A stretch of 64,000 nt of DNA from Rebecca billardiae RCC1528 (taxonomy: Eukaryota > Protista > Haptophyta): positions 2,356,001 to 2,420,000 of the forward strand of contig OZ251223.1 of NCBI GenBank assembly GCA_965240325.2, in the 5' to 3' direction. The notes beneath the pieces are model-generated. The model did no database searches and was not told where the DNA came from. It worked only from the letters and a program-made list of their open reading frames with translations. Positions 1 to 11,369 of this stretch are shown here, piece after piece. Made by a program: the position numbers and the translations under genes. Each line of letters starts with the position of its first letter. Within the stretch, counting starts at the first letter, position 1.

Positions 1-228
1 GAGTATCCAACTTATTCGCGTATCTAAAATCTGTTTAGTGAATAAGTAGCAAAACTTGATCACTTCCAAGTGCCCGTGTATGGCCTATGTTTCCAGCACC
101 AAGTGATGCATCGGTAAATAACAGCGCGCCGCGCGCGCACGCAGTACGCCGACATGCAGTAGTTGAGGAGGACCCTGACCATGCACATCAACATGCACTT
201 TCAAAAGGTTGCGCTTAGGCCCGGTTTG

Positions 229-443
229 TAGGCGGGTAACTTGTTACGTCTTAACAAGCCGCCATAGGCGCCATTCAAAGAATCTCGTTTAACATTAGTG
301 CACAGGCGGTTCATCCATCGAGGCAGGCGGGTAATGTGGTTGAACAAGCGCTATTCAAAAGAATCTCTTTTGATATTATAAGGCGGTTCATCCATCGAGA
401 CAGGCGGGTAGCTGTTTAAACAAAGCGCTATTCAGAAGCATCT
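229..443. repeat. Degenerate ~78-bp tandem repeat (~2.7 units)
   Basis: Recurring blocks AGGCGGGTA...AACAAGCGCTATTCA...GAATCTC...AGGCGGTTCATCCATCGAG; probably the subterminal region of a TE truncated by the window edge. Confidence 0.55.
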
Positions 444-928
444 GGCCTCATAGCTGTTTTCGACCCAAAACAATCAAACGTCGCTCGGCAAACTCGTACT
501 CCAGCATACAAGAATGACAAAAATACTCACTTGTTTCACCCCCGGGGTATCTGATCCCACGTCCGTCCATCGACTTATGCGGAATGGCGTGGGCGCGCTT
601 ATTTCGTCAAGCGCGTAGTTGCTAATGCAGAGCACTATGGGCCAACGTACCCCTCGAAAAAGCGAAAACTCACCCTCCAACACCCCTCAAAATCGTCCCC
701 CGTCCCCTTTTCTTTGATCAAATGAGATCTTTTTGACAACGTAGTGAGGGCCCCCGGCGGGGCTCCACGCTACGCGCTCCGCCCTACACCGCGGGCCAAG
801 ATCTTTTTGAAACGTAGTGGTCAGTGAATAGTGGCCCGCGTCGCGCGCGGGGCCGTCGCAGGCCACGCTACGGCCCGGCCGCCGTTCCGCGCCGCCCGCC
901 GTGCAGCCGACCGCGCGGGCCATTAATC

Positions 929-2867
929 ATTATGGCGCACGGCCCCCCCCCGAAAGGTCTGAGCGTGAGCGAAAGCCGGGGGGGGGGGGCGGCGCACGTG
1001 CTCCGCAAAATCAAAAAGAGGATGCGCGCAGGATTTTGGGGATTTTTCGGTAGGTGGCCACCGCGTATGAGTGGATATCGCTGCCGCAATGATTGCGTTT
1101 GTACTGCCCCTTAATTTTAACGATAGTAACACTTAGGGGAATGCAGGATGGAATAGCACATAACACCAGCCGTGTGTTAGAACATTCCGTCATAGTAAGA
1201 TGCCTGAATTGTAAGAGCCTGAAACAGCTCGCCAACCATAGAAACGATAGGTTGGGTCGTCAGCTTTGATTCACGCGCTTCTGAAAAACAGCGTTTTAGA
1301 TTAGACGCATCGACACCTCTATCTGCGAGGATTAACAGCTCTCTGAAAACGAGTGTGTCCTGGACAACTTGAAAGGCGGAATACAATGTGCAGTTGTGAC
1401 CCAAGATTCTCATGCCCATATCAAGCATGAGTACTCATAGCACAATTCATCGGTGACTAGAATCAAGAGATCTTCAACTGAAACGTGATTTGGACGTCGA
1501 AGAGGCACGCACGGCCCAAGGCCGAAGAGGCACGGCTCGTTGCTTGCGGTTGGCAATGCGGGGTCTGCGCGGTGCGACGGGGAGCATTCCTTCTCCCGGG
1601 CGGCCACCACGGCCTCGGAGGTGGTGAGGAACGCGTCGGCGACCACGGCGTGGACCACCTCCGTCGCGCCGGACACCCCGGTCGCCCCTCACCGGACTCC
1701 ACCCTCGCCGCGCGCTGACCGTTTGCCGGTCGAGCCGTGCTTGCTGTGCTGCCTGCGCGGCCCGGCGCGTGCCCCCGCGTGGTGCCACAAGGCGGGTGCA
1801 GACGTGGCGGCGCGGTGGTGCGTGCGATCGGGGGACCCCACCTGAACTACGACACGGCTGCGCGCGCTCATCCGTGCTCATCACGGTGGTGGACGCGCGA
1901 CTCGACGCGCGCATCGAGCGCGGCAGGCCGGCACGGCTCGGCTCGGCAGCCTGCTCGAGGCGCGAAGGCGCGCACCGCGCGCTGCCCGTGGGCGCGACGA
2001 GATGGTGCATCATCGCGCTACTTGCCATCTTCCTCTCGCCACGCCTTCGACACGATGGCTGCGACTGCTGCTCGGAGGCGCGCTCCGGGGGGCTCACGCA
2101 CGCGTTCAGAATTCGGGCTCGGCGGTGACCGCGTGGACGAGGGGCAGCGCGGTGCACGGTGGCGGAGCGCGTGCGGAGCGCAGCCTACACCTACTACACG
2201 CTCCATCCAGACACATCGCGCATGCTCGCGCGACCTCCTCGGTCCATCACGCGCGCGTGCGCGCGCGAGCAGGTTTCGGCAGCTGCCGGGCGCGAGCGAG
2301 CACGGCGCGCCGCGTTGGCGCGCGCGCACCGATACCCGTGCGCAGCTCGACGAGCGAGCGCGGTGTGTTTCGACGCGCATGGAGAGACGCGGTGCATCGT
2401 GGTGGAGCGCGTGCGGAGCGCAGCCTACACCTACTACACGCTCCATCCAGACACATCGCGCATGCTCGCGCGACCTCCTCGGTCCATCACGCGCCCGTGC
2501 GCGCGCGACGGCAGGTGTGCACTCAGTGCAGCCGCCGGGCGCGAGCACGGCGCGCCGCGTTGGCGCGCGCGCACCGATACCCGTGCGCAGCTCGACGAGC
2601 GAGCGCGGTGGGGTTCGATGCCGCTGACCACCTCTGGCTCGGTCGCGCTCACGAGGCTGGTCGCGGGCCTAATCGTGCCGTGTATTGGCTGCCTGCTCGG
2701 TCATTGGTGAACTCGCGACGCCGACTACAAGTACAACCGCGAGTACGGTTACACGTATTCTGGTAGGCATGCTGTGATTGTGAGTTTATGCAACTGTGAT
2801 ATTCTGTACATAGGGCCGTGCGCCCTCAACTTCGTTGTTCACTACCCGAAGATCGGCGTAGCCGATC
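929..2867 (+). mobile_element. Non-autonomous Helentron/Helitron2-like element, copy A
   Basis: 5' end ATTATGGCGCACGGCCC; subterminal inverted copy GGGCCGTGCGCC at 2813-2824; terminal hairpin GATCGGC-GTA-GCCGATC at 2851-2867, followed by (AT)n. The 5' ~130 bp and 3' ~55 bp match 59213-61207 in reverse complement. Confidence 0.7.
2148..2610. repeat. ~240-bp direct tandem duplication inside copy A
   Basis: GGAGCGCGTGCGGAGCGCAGCCTACACCTACTACACG... recurs at ~2164 and ~2404, near-identical. Confidence 0.9.
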
Positions 2868-3717
2868 ATATATATATATATATATATGTCTAGCCGTCCT
2901 CGTGAACGCCGACGCCAACTGCTGGCCGAAGGTGGGCACGCCGCCTGGCATGTCGATGCCGAGGCGGCTGCGTGTGTTCCTACTCAGTGGGATTTACGTG
3001 TCCTGCTGCCGAAAGATGTTGGTCGGTGCACGCGACGCGCCACCCGCGTGCGAGCCGCCGCCGCCGGCGACGCAGGACGAGCATGGCTGGAGCCATCTCG
3101 CACGCCGCGCCTGGCGAAGCAGGCGGCAGAGGCCGGCGCCGGAAACCGATCTCCTGGGCGGCAGAACAACCCGGACAGACTGTTTGTCCGGGAGCAGCGC
3201 CCTTTGAGGCGATGGTCTGGTAGAGGGCGATGTGGCTGATGAGCGGCGCTGGCGCCCGGCGTTCTTGTCGTCCTCTTAGACAATCAGTTATTGTACCAAT
3301 AACCCCACATATACTAATAACAATAATTAAAATACTCACGGGCCGTGGACCACGGGCACGGCCGGCACGGTGGCCGTGCAGGGGCCAGCCTTAGTATGGC
3401 GCGTGCCGTGCCGCTGCTCCGAGCCTCACGGCAGCCCCGCGGACCGGGCCCGCGGTCACATGACACGTGTCAATGTCACGTCGAAGTGTCGAGCTTGAGA
3501 TCTGCGTCCGGATGGGACGGGAGAAAAGCGCTAGGAACGGGTGCAGGATGACCACGACCACCGATGCCAGCAGGAACAGGCAGGGAGCGAAACACACCTC
3601 TCGGTTCGCGACCGATTCAGCAGGCCCGCCGAGCCGGCTGGCCAGCCGCCCAGCCAGATCGTCGGGCCAGATGCGATCAGACCGCAGGCCCTCGCTTCCC
3701 GCAGCACATTGCACTCC

Positions 3718-4195
3718 TCAATGGCGGTGCGACAGCAAGAGCGCGCCAGCCACGACAAGGATGACGCCTCCGATGCTGCCTGCGATGCACTCCTTCGGGA
3801 TCTTCTTCAGCTCCTCCGACCAGTGTGGGTGCTTGGTCGCAGCAAAGCCCGCGGCGCCGAGAGCGACCGCGCCACCGGCGAGGCAAATCGCGTGTGGAGC
3901 CTGAATGCAACGCGCACGTACGGGGAGGTCGTGTAACGCGCGCGCACGGCATGGCACCACTCCGTCAGAGCAGTGGTTGCGTCCCCGCGCACTCCGGAGC
4001 GCCGCACGACAGCTAAGGACACACCTTTGTGATGTCGACATGATGAACAGCCAGTGTAGCGGCCGTAGCGAGCGCCACCTGTGAGCCAAGGATACATGTC
4101 TTTGGCACGCGCGACCCCTCGTGCAGCGCGAGCGTGCCAGCGATTGCGCCCGCGGCGACAAGGGAGGAGCCAACGCACTGCTTCGGGATCGTCAT
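3718..4195 (-). CDS. Small 4-TM repeat protein, 117 aa, two exons (4195-4025, 3900-3718)
   Basis: Phase-0 intron 3901-4024 (AAG|GTGTGT...TTCAG|GCT) joins two ORF-track frames. The product has four units (IPKQCVG, VPKTCILG, APHAICLAG, IPKECIAG), each followed by a hydrophobic helix ending near His. Confidence 0.65.
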
Positions 4196-4603
4196 GGTGC
4201 GCTGCACGCCAAGAGCCCAAGACCGCCCGGTCCAAGGTCCAGACGCAAAGTCACACAAAGTATGGTAGACAGCACAATCTGGAAATCTCTCACCGGACTA
4301 ATTCTATGATTTAAAGACACAGGCACGAGGGCGCAGCTCTCCTGATTCGTCTGTCGAAGTACTGAATGGAGTTAATGGAGGATGTCGGAGCGCGTTGGCC
4401 GCGGGTGAGGGAGTCGTCGTAACCGATGCTGATCACACGGTCACTGAGGTAGTAGGCGCCCGGGGATGCCGCTGTTTTGCAGTCGTCGTCGGCCTTGGTC
4501 ATCATGTAGTTGCCCGTGTCGTCGTCGTCCGAGGCTGTTCAAGTTGATGCCGTAGTGCAGGTAGTGGATGTGGTCGCCCGGGCCGGTGTGCGCGGCCTAG
4601 TGG

Positions 4604-4740
4604 CCTTGCCGAGTTGAGGGAGTAGTCGCCCTTGCCGTTGAGGAAGTCGTCGTCCTTGCCGTTGAGGAAGTCGTCGCCCTGGCCGCAGAGGAAGTCGTCG
4701 CCCTTGCCGTTGAGGAAGTCGTCGTCCTGGCCGCTGAGGG
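4604..4740. repeat. 24-bp minisatellite (~5.5 units)
   Basis: Unit CCTTGCCGTTGAGGAAGTCGTCG(T/C) at 4630, 4654, 4678, 4702 and 4726; reads (G/D)DDFLNGK on the minus strand. Confidence 0.9.
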
Positions 4741-4792
4741 TGCCTGCGCTGCCCAACCGGGCGCGTCTGGCGCGCCAGCGCCGCGCGCGGCT

Positions 4793-5896
4793 CTACGCCA
4801 GCGACTGCGGCGCGGCGGCAGCCAGGTCACGGGGGGGGTCGCCGAGGGACGCGGTGCGAGCCTGCTTGGCCGGCTTGGCGTCGCTCCCGCCAGCGGAGGA
4901 GGGCCCATCCTCCTCCGCCGGCGTGGACGGCTCGGTCGCCGCGCGCTTGCCGGCTGCCGCGGCGCCGGGGGGCAGGACCAGGCGGTAGTTGGACTCCCCG
5001 AGCGCCGGCCTGGCCTGTTGCACCTCGGGCCCGTCCGACGGCGCGGCCGCGGTTGGTGGCTGGGGTGGCGGGATGGCATCGTCCGAACCCTCCCCCTCGG
5101 GCTCCTCCGCCTCCGGGCCGGCGGGGTCCGCCGCCTGTTGGTCGGCCGGCTGAGGAGCAGGGCGGCGCGCAGCGGCGGGCGGCGCGGGCGGCACAGGCGG
5201 CGCGGGCGGCACGCCCCACAGGTTGTGTGGGACGCGGGCGGCGCCGGCGATGCGGCGGCTCGGCTTGAGCGGCGCGAAGAAGATGGGGTGCTCGGGGTCG
5301 ATGGGCATGAAACGCAGGCGGAGGAAGATCAGGTTCACACCGCCGGAGTAGATGTTGGTCTCGACGTGCTCACCGTTGGTCACGTACTTGTTGATGTCGG
5401 GCACGATCTGCTCGTAGAGGGCCCTGTGAAACTGCACGAGCGTCATCGTGGGGCTAACCGGGAGCGTGAGGGACACGTCCTTCGCCTGGGTTGCGAGGTC
5501 GGCCGCCGACAGCGCGAGCATCTCCTGCGTGAGCTCCGTGGTGCACGCCGTGAGAATGTTCGGCATGCACAGGCTGGTGGCCAGGCGGCGGCAGATGGTC
5601 ATGTTCTCGAGCACCGAGCCGGTGAAGGAGAAAACGTGCTTATTGCCTTTGGGGTCCTGGGTGAGTCCTGAGAGCAGTCGCCCGCCTTGCGAGTTGGGCG
5701 CCACGTCGCTCAGGCAGCGCGCGCTCAGCTTGATCATCGTCGTGCACATCTGCTGGCCCGCATCCCGCCTGGCGGTGGGGGTGCTCGGCCGTTCCACCTG
5801 CAGCCCGCGCTCGAAGTTGTTGGAAGAGGGGAAGAAGCTCAAGGCGCTCCTGCTGTTGAGACGGTCGCGGAAAAAGCCGTGCTGGTAAGGGGGCAT
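4793..5896 (-). CDS. Hypothetical protein (~367 aa), globular N-half and Pro/Ala/acidic tail
   Basis: Long ORF with GCCACCATG start context, GC3-biased codons and a balanced N-terminal composition. Only a weak OB-fold-like resemblance. Confidence 0.6.
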   Translation of the reverse strand: MPPYQHGFFRDRLNSRSALSFFPSSNNFERGLQVERPSTPTARRDAGQQMCTTMIKLSARCLSDVAPNSQGGRLLSGLTQDPKGNKHVFSFTGSVLENMTICRRLATSLCMPNILTACTTELTQEMLALSAADLATQAKDVSLTLPVSPTMTLVQFHRALYEQIVPDINKYVTNGEHVETNIYSGGVNLIFLRLRFMPIDPEHPIFFAPLKPSRRIAGAARVPHNLWGVPPAPPVPPAPPAAARRPAPQPADQQAADPAGPEAEEPEGEGSDDAIPPPQPPTAAAPSDGPEVQQARPALGESNYRLVLPPGAAAAGKRAATEPSTPAEEDGPSSAGGSDAKPAKQARTASLGDPPRDLAAAAPQSLA

Positions 5897-6663
5897 GGTG
5901 GCCGGTGTGGCGGGCGCGGGGCTGCGGAGGGCCGGGGGGCGGGTGCGGAAGCACTGCGGTGCGAGCGAGGTCGGTGCTGGTGCCAAAGGCATTTCGGCGC
6001 GCGGGGTTGAAATCAAATTTCAAAACCCAGGTCCGGAGTGGCCCCGCCGGTCCCCCGGACCACGGCGGCCCGTCGTGCGTTTCGGGGGGAGAGGGGTTTG
6101 TCGCGAAACGGGCAGGATGGGGAAAAGGGGGGGGGGGGGGGGGGGGGCTCGCGGCCGCCGCGGGGAGGCCGGGACGGGCGCGGTCTCCACCTGAGGGCCG
6201 GGCGCTGCTCAGGAAGGAGGGCGGCCCACACTCCGCGTGTCGCTCCCCAGTGCCTCCGCACAGGCACACCGCAGGTGTTCGCCGTCGTGTCGGGATGAGC
6301 ATGCGCTTGGCGTCCGCACCCGGGGCCAGTCCTTTCATGGTCAGCAAGCAGGCGGGGGGGGGGCGTGCGTGTGCAAGCGCGGGTGGATATGTCGTGTCTG
6401 CGATATGCGGAGTGTTGGATGCGGGTTGCGCCGGTGCCCCAGGGCACCGGTGAGTGTGTAGCTGTTTCGGGCACGCCTCGCGAACGCGAGGCGCTGGAAG
6501 ACTGGCTGGTTTCGCGGGGTGCCTGGCTGACAAATGAACAACGAGCGAGGCGCGGTCCAAGGAATAAGGATTTTAGGTTTCGGAATTGTTTCGTCGACAG
6601 CTGATTTCCGTATAGTATTCGTGCCGGGGCACGAGGGCGGCCCTCCGGTGGCAGTCGTGAGCA

Positions 6664-7140
6664 ATGGCGAAGGAGGACAAGAAGGACAAGAAGAAGGACA
6701 AGAAAAAGGAGAAGCGGGACGAAGGAGAGAACGACGACGATGCGGATGCAAAGCGGCAGCGCGTCTCGCCGATTGCGCACCCACTGGCCAGCAAGAAGCT
6801 GACCAAGAGCGTGCTCAAGGTTGTCAAGAAGGCATCTGCCAGCAAGCTCGTCCGGCGGGGAGTGAAGGAGGTGGTGAAGGCGCTGAAGAAGAACGAGAAG
6901 GGCCTTTGCATCATCGCTGGTGATATCTCTCCGATCGACGTGATCTGCCACATCCCCGTCTACTGCGAGGAGAAGGATGTCCCCTACATCTACGTTCCAT
7001 CCAAAGAGGAACTGGGGACAGCGTCGCAGACCAAGCGGCCGACGAGCATTGTCATGATCAAGCCTGGCGGTGACAGTGAGCTGACAACAAGCTACGAAGA
7101 GTGCGTCAAAGAGGTGAAAGCCGTCGCCCCCGTATTTTGA
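6664..7140 (+). CDS. NHP2: H/ACA ribonucleoprotein subunit 2 (L7Ae family)
   Basis: IAHPLASKKL...RRGVKEVVKAL...IIAGDISPIDVICHIPVYCEE...PYIYVPSKEELG...TKRPTS is typical of NHP2. Confidence 0.93.
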   Translation: MAKEDKKDKKKDKKKEKRDEGENDDDADAKRQRVSPIAHPLASKKLTKSVLKVVKKASASKLVRRGVKEVVKALKKNEKGLCIIAGDISPIDVICHIPVYCEEKDVPYIYVPSKEELGTASQTKRPTSIVMIKPGGDSELTTSYEECVKEVKAVAPVF

Positions 7141-8247
7141 CGGCAGCTCTCTTGCTCAACGTCAGCAGCCTTGGTGCCAGGCAAGTTCACGGCGCCGCCA
7201 CTCGCGGACACGGTCACGGTCAGTGCTGAGCGCGCGTCGGACCGCGCCCGACCGACGACCTGAACGGGCAGGCGTCAGGATTCAATTAATATTTCCATTA
7301 TTATAAGGATCAATGATGCGGGCCCGGAGGGCCCGTGTCATCAGTGTCTGTACTGTGCACACTTGACCGACCGATCGGTCCCGCGGATTTCCCGGACTCG
7401 GACTCGGCGCCGACCGCGACCCGCGAGGCGCCCGAGTGCCCTCTACCGAGACTCTACGGTTAACGGTAATCAGAGTGGCTCCGGAGTCCGGTCCGACCGC
7501 GGGACTCGACCTCGCGGTCCGCGCCGTCAGCCGCTCGCACGGCTCAGCTTGACTCCGTGACGCCGTCAGCCCGTGCCACGCCCACTGCCCGAGTGGCCAC
7601 TGACGGTCACCGTACCCGTCGTCATTAAATATATATATATATACATGTGCACTGCTAGACGGGTGAACGGGTCTCAACTGAGAACTGTCAGTCCGGTATA
7701 GTCTGAATATCATCATTGGCTCAGCCTCAGGAAATAAGTAATTATATAATAACATGTCAACGGCATTGCGCATTATCATTTATTATAATAAAACATAATA
7801 CAAACCCACGGTAGTCGGTACCGAGCGCGGAGCCGCGGCGAGCGCAGCCAACTCGGTATTCGACTTCCATTAGTCGTCCGGTCACTGTTGATTGACTGTA
7901 ACAGCCCGTAACAGGACCGTCTGCATGAAACTTGATGATGAATCGCATTATTAATAATAATATTTTATTAGCAGCAGTTGAAAATTGTTCTCGACTACTC
8001 TGTCGGTTCTCGACTCTGATGTCGATCGATCACTAAGGAACAGCTCGCTCAGATGTACTCATTACTGGCTAACTTGCCACGTGCATTCCGTTCTCCGGTG
8101 CGGCACCTGCAATCTGTGGCATGCACGCACCGCGTCCGCAGCTTCGGAATTTGGAGTTGGACGGCGGGCATGGGCCTGCTGCCGCGCAGCTGCTCCGCAC
8201 TCAGACAGCGACACGCTCTCCCGACGCGCGATCGTGCGAGCTGGTCC

Positions 8248-9063
8248 CTAGGCAGGCGCATTGCCTTCCAGTGCGACCCACGCACAGTGCGTGAGGCTGC
8301 TGGTGAGTAGCGGGTAGCGCGCACGCAGCTGGGCAGGCGAGTTGCGAGCGCGCTGCTCAAGCGCCACGAGCTCGCGAATCCAATCAGGTTGAGCTGAGCT
8401 CGCCGGGAGACCGCGGCTGACAAGGGCGCTCTCGAGCGCCCCAAACACGTGCGCGCAGGCCATCAGACTCGCGTCGCCGATGAGCCTTGTCCCGGATGCA
8501 TGCAGAATCGCGCTTTCAGCTCGTGTGAGTACCAGCGTGAGCGAGCGCACGAGCATCTCTGACACTCGGTCTGCCAGACGAGAGTGCATCGCGCAGCATT
8601 CCACTATCTGTTGACAGCCCATTCGCCTCGCAAGCACCTCTCGCATCGGCTGTGTGTGGTCCAGCTCTGCCATCAGGCAGCCAATGGCCGTGTCGGCAAC
8701 GCCGAGCAGCGTGCTGTCCATGTGGAGGTTCGCATGCATACTCGCTGCCCCGAGCTCGCTGACGGCGGCCTGGATGTGCGACGCAGCTTGTTGTGGCCAG
8801 AGCAGGCCTCCGCCAGCAGCCAGCTTCGCGCACAGTTCGATCGCGCTCTGCCTGCGCTCTCCCTGCAGCTGGGGCAACGAGATTGAGGGGAGCGCAAGGC
8901 GCGCCGGAGGTGTGGACATGCCCACATCCAGCGGAGGCGTGGCCTCCAGCGATGGCGAGGAGGGTAAAGAGGCATGTCCTGCGAGCTGCTGTCGCCGGGC
9001 GCGCTCGCGGATGGTCACGACAGCCGCAGCCAGCTGCAATAGCTCGTTGTCGCCCGCATGCAT
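8248..9063 (-). CDS. Hypothetical helical protein
   Basis: ORF of 271 aa from ATG 9063 with protein-like composition, divergent from the CLC gene; no family recognised. Confidence 0.5.
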   Translation of the reverse strand: MHAGDNELLQLAAAVVTIRERARRQQLAGHASLPSSPSLEATPPLDVGMSTPPARLALPSISLPQLQGERRQSAIELCAKLAAGGGLLWPQQAASHIQAAVSELGAASMHANLHMDSTLLGVADTAIGCLMAELDHTQPMREVLARRMGCQQIVECCAMHSRLADRVSEMLVRSLTLVLTRAESAILHASGTRLIGDASLMACAHVFGALESALVSRGLPASSAQPDWIRELVALEQRARNSPAQLRARYPLLTSSLTHCAWVALEGNAPA

Positions 9064-9243
9064 GCTCGCGTCGGTCGATCGCTTGCCCGCCGCCGCCCGG
9101 GCCGGCGAGCTCAAGCGACCGCCCAGGCGCAAGCCACGCCACTGGATCGGCAGTGATCAAGAGCCCCGGGATCCGGGGCCGACCGACGACGTAATCTCAC
9201 CTACCTGAGCTGTGTGCGTCTCTTATTCTTAGTAAACTGTAGG

Positions 9244-11025
9244 ATGGCGGCGCGCGTCCTCTACTCGTGCATGTGGCTGAGCGCGGGCTCCGTTCTGGTC
9301 CAGCCACGAGCGGACGCACTGTGCCAACTGCATAGCGCTCCGCATCGTGCTCGCTTCCATGACGACCCGTGCGCCCGCGCCCCGGCAGTGTGGCGAGTGC
9401 CCACGGCACGTCGCGGTCGAATCGCCGCCGTCGACGCCAAGCCCCCGCAATCATCTGAGCAAACGCTGTTACCCCCGTCGATCCTCGGCGGTGAGCTCCT
9501 GAACAGCGTCGTCCTCTCTGTGGCCATCGGGGGCTCAACGGGGGTCCTGATCGCCTTCTTCAAGCGCTCGGTGCAGGCTGCAAACACGGCGCTGCACGCC
9601 CTACCGCCTCCACTCGCCGACGCGCCGGAGTGGCTGTTGCCCTTAGCTGGCGGGTGCTGCGTTGCCGTGATCCGCACGCTCGGCCAACAGCGCGACCTCG
9701 AGGGCGGGCTGGGTCGCATGCTCGATGCGGCGGCTGCGGCCCGACCCCTCGACCTGCAGGCAGTCGCCCTGCGCATCAGTGCGGCAGTGCTCACGCTGGG
9801 CTCAGGCTGCTCCCTCGGGCCCGAGGGGCCATCCGTCGAGCTCGGAGCGACCGTGGCGCGGGCGGCCGGAAAGTACGCACCCGAGCATGTCGTCGACGCA
9901 GACGCGCGCCGCAATCTCGTGTGCGCGGGTGCGGCTGCCGGAGTCGCCGCTGGCTTCAACGCGCCGCTTGCGGGCTGCGCCTTTGCCTTCGAGGTCGCGT
10001 CGGTGCTGCGGAGCCCGACGCGTGATGCAGCGCCGCCGAGCGGGCCTGGTGGCGTTGTGGATCTGGCCAGCTCGGCGCAGGCGAAAGCCGTGCTGCCACG
10101 CGCGGCTGGACGCGTCGCGCGGAGGTCGCGGTACCCTCCGCTCGTCTCTGTGCTGCTTGCAGCAGGAAGCTCTGCGCTCGTCGCGCGCCAGCTGCTCGAC
10201 CTCGAGCTCAGCTTCTCGAGCGTCGGCTCGCAACTGGCAGTGGCTACCGTTGCGGAGCTGCCAGTGTTCCTGCTCCTCGGGCTCGCATGTGGCATCGGCG
10301 CCGCTGGCTTCCAGCGCTGTCTCTCGCTGACACGTGCCGCCTTCGAGTCGGGCCCGGCGTCGGCGCTGCCCAGTGCGTTGCAGCCCATCCTCGGAGGCGC
10401 CGTCTGCTCCGTCATCTCCGCCGTTGCGCCGCAGGTGCGGTTCTCGAGCTACGGTACGCTGGGCGTGCTCGTGAGCTCCTCGTTCGCAGACGTGGATCCG
10501 ATCGAGCTCTACGGCGCAAAAGTGCTCGCGACCAGTGTGTGCCTGAGCTCCGGACTCGTCGGCGGGCTCTTCGCGCCATCCCTCTTCATCGGTGCGTCGC
10601 TGGGCGCGGCCTTTGGTACGGATGTGCTCGCAGGAGCGCCATCCAACCTCAACGTGGTCGGCGCGACGGCCGTGCTTGCCGCCGTGTTCGAGGCGCCGCT
10701 GACCAGCGCGCTCCTCGTGTACGAAATCACAAAGGAGGGCCAGCTCGTCCTGCCCAACTTGGTCACAGCGTCGCTGGCGAGCGTCGTGGCACGTGAGCTC
10801 GTGCGCAGAATGGAGATGGGCGCGGCAGCTGCTGCCGCCAATGCCGCAGCAGCGGCGCCGCAGTCAGCAGCAGACGCGACCGCTACGTCAAGCTTGCCGG
10901 CGTCAGCCCCATCAGCGGCGGGGTCGCAGGCGGGGATGGTTGGCAGGGCGCCGGGTGACGGGGATGATGGTCGTCGGGGCGGACCGCGGCCCGGCAGACG
11001 ACCGTCCACAAGTAGACGCCGCTGA
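9244..11025 (+). CDS. CLC-family chloride channel, prokaryote/CLC-e/f-like, no CBS domains
   Basis: Motifs TLGSGCSLGPEGPSVELG, GAAAGVAAGFNAPLAG, GGLFAPSLFIG and APLTSALLVYEIT; N-terminal targeting-like extension. Confidence 0.92.
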   Translation: MAARVLYSCMWLSAGSVLVQPRADALCQLHSAPHRARFHDDPCARAPAVWRVPTARRGRIAAVDAKPPQSSEQTLLPPSILGGELLNSVVLSVAIGGSTGVLIAFFKRSVQAANTALHALPPPLADAPEWLLPLAGGCCVAVIRTLGQQRDLEGGLGRMLDAAAAARPLDLQAVALRISAAVLTLGSGCSLGPEGPSVELGATVARAAGKYAPEHVVDADARRNLVCAGAAAGVAAGFNAPLAGCAFAFEVASVLRSPTRDAAPPSGPGGVVDLASSAQAKAVLPRAAGRVARRSRYPPLVSVLLAAGSSALVARQLLDLELSFSSVGSQLAVATVAELPVFLLLGLACGIGAAGFQRCLSLTRAAFESGPASALPSALQPILGGAVCSVISAVAPQVRFSSYGTLGVLVSSSFADVDPIELYGAKVLATSVCLSSGLVGGLFAPSLFIGASLGAAFGTDVLAGAPSNLNVVGATAVLAAVFEAPLTSALLVYEITKEGQLVLPNLVTASLASVVARELVRRMEMGAAAAAANAAAAAPQSAADATATSSLPASAPSAAGSQAGMVGRAPGDGDDGRRGGPRPGRRPSTSRRR

Positions 11026-11280
11026 TGATGAGCAGCCTGATGCCCGCGTCCGGCCCGGTCCAAGCCGCTGACAATGTGTGATGAGTCCTAATCAAATTGC
11101 TGAGTGATGACGATGAGCCTGATCACATGACGACGTCGGGCGGCGTTGAGCCTGATGCATGACGCGGTCGCGTGGCGGCGTTGCCCGCGGCCCGGCGGTA
11201 GTCCCCGGGGACTCGGCGGGAGTCGAGTATGACACCAGCTGTACGGCAGCCAGACGGTCCATCAGTACGGGTCGATCGCA

Positions 11281-11293
11281 TATATATATACAT

Positions 11294-11368
<75 letters not shown>
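11281..11368. repeat. (TA)n/(CA)n microsatellite
   Basis: Directly visible between the convergent CLC and COQ3 genes. Confidence 0.95.
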
Positions 11369-11369
<1 letters not shown>

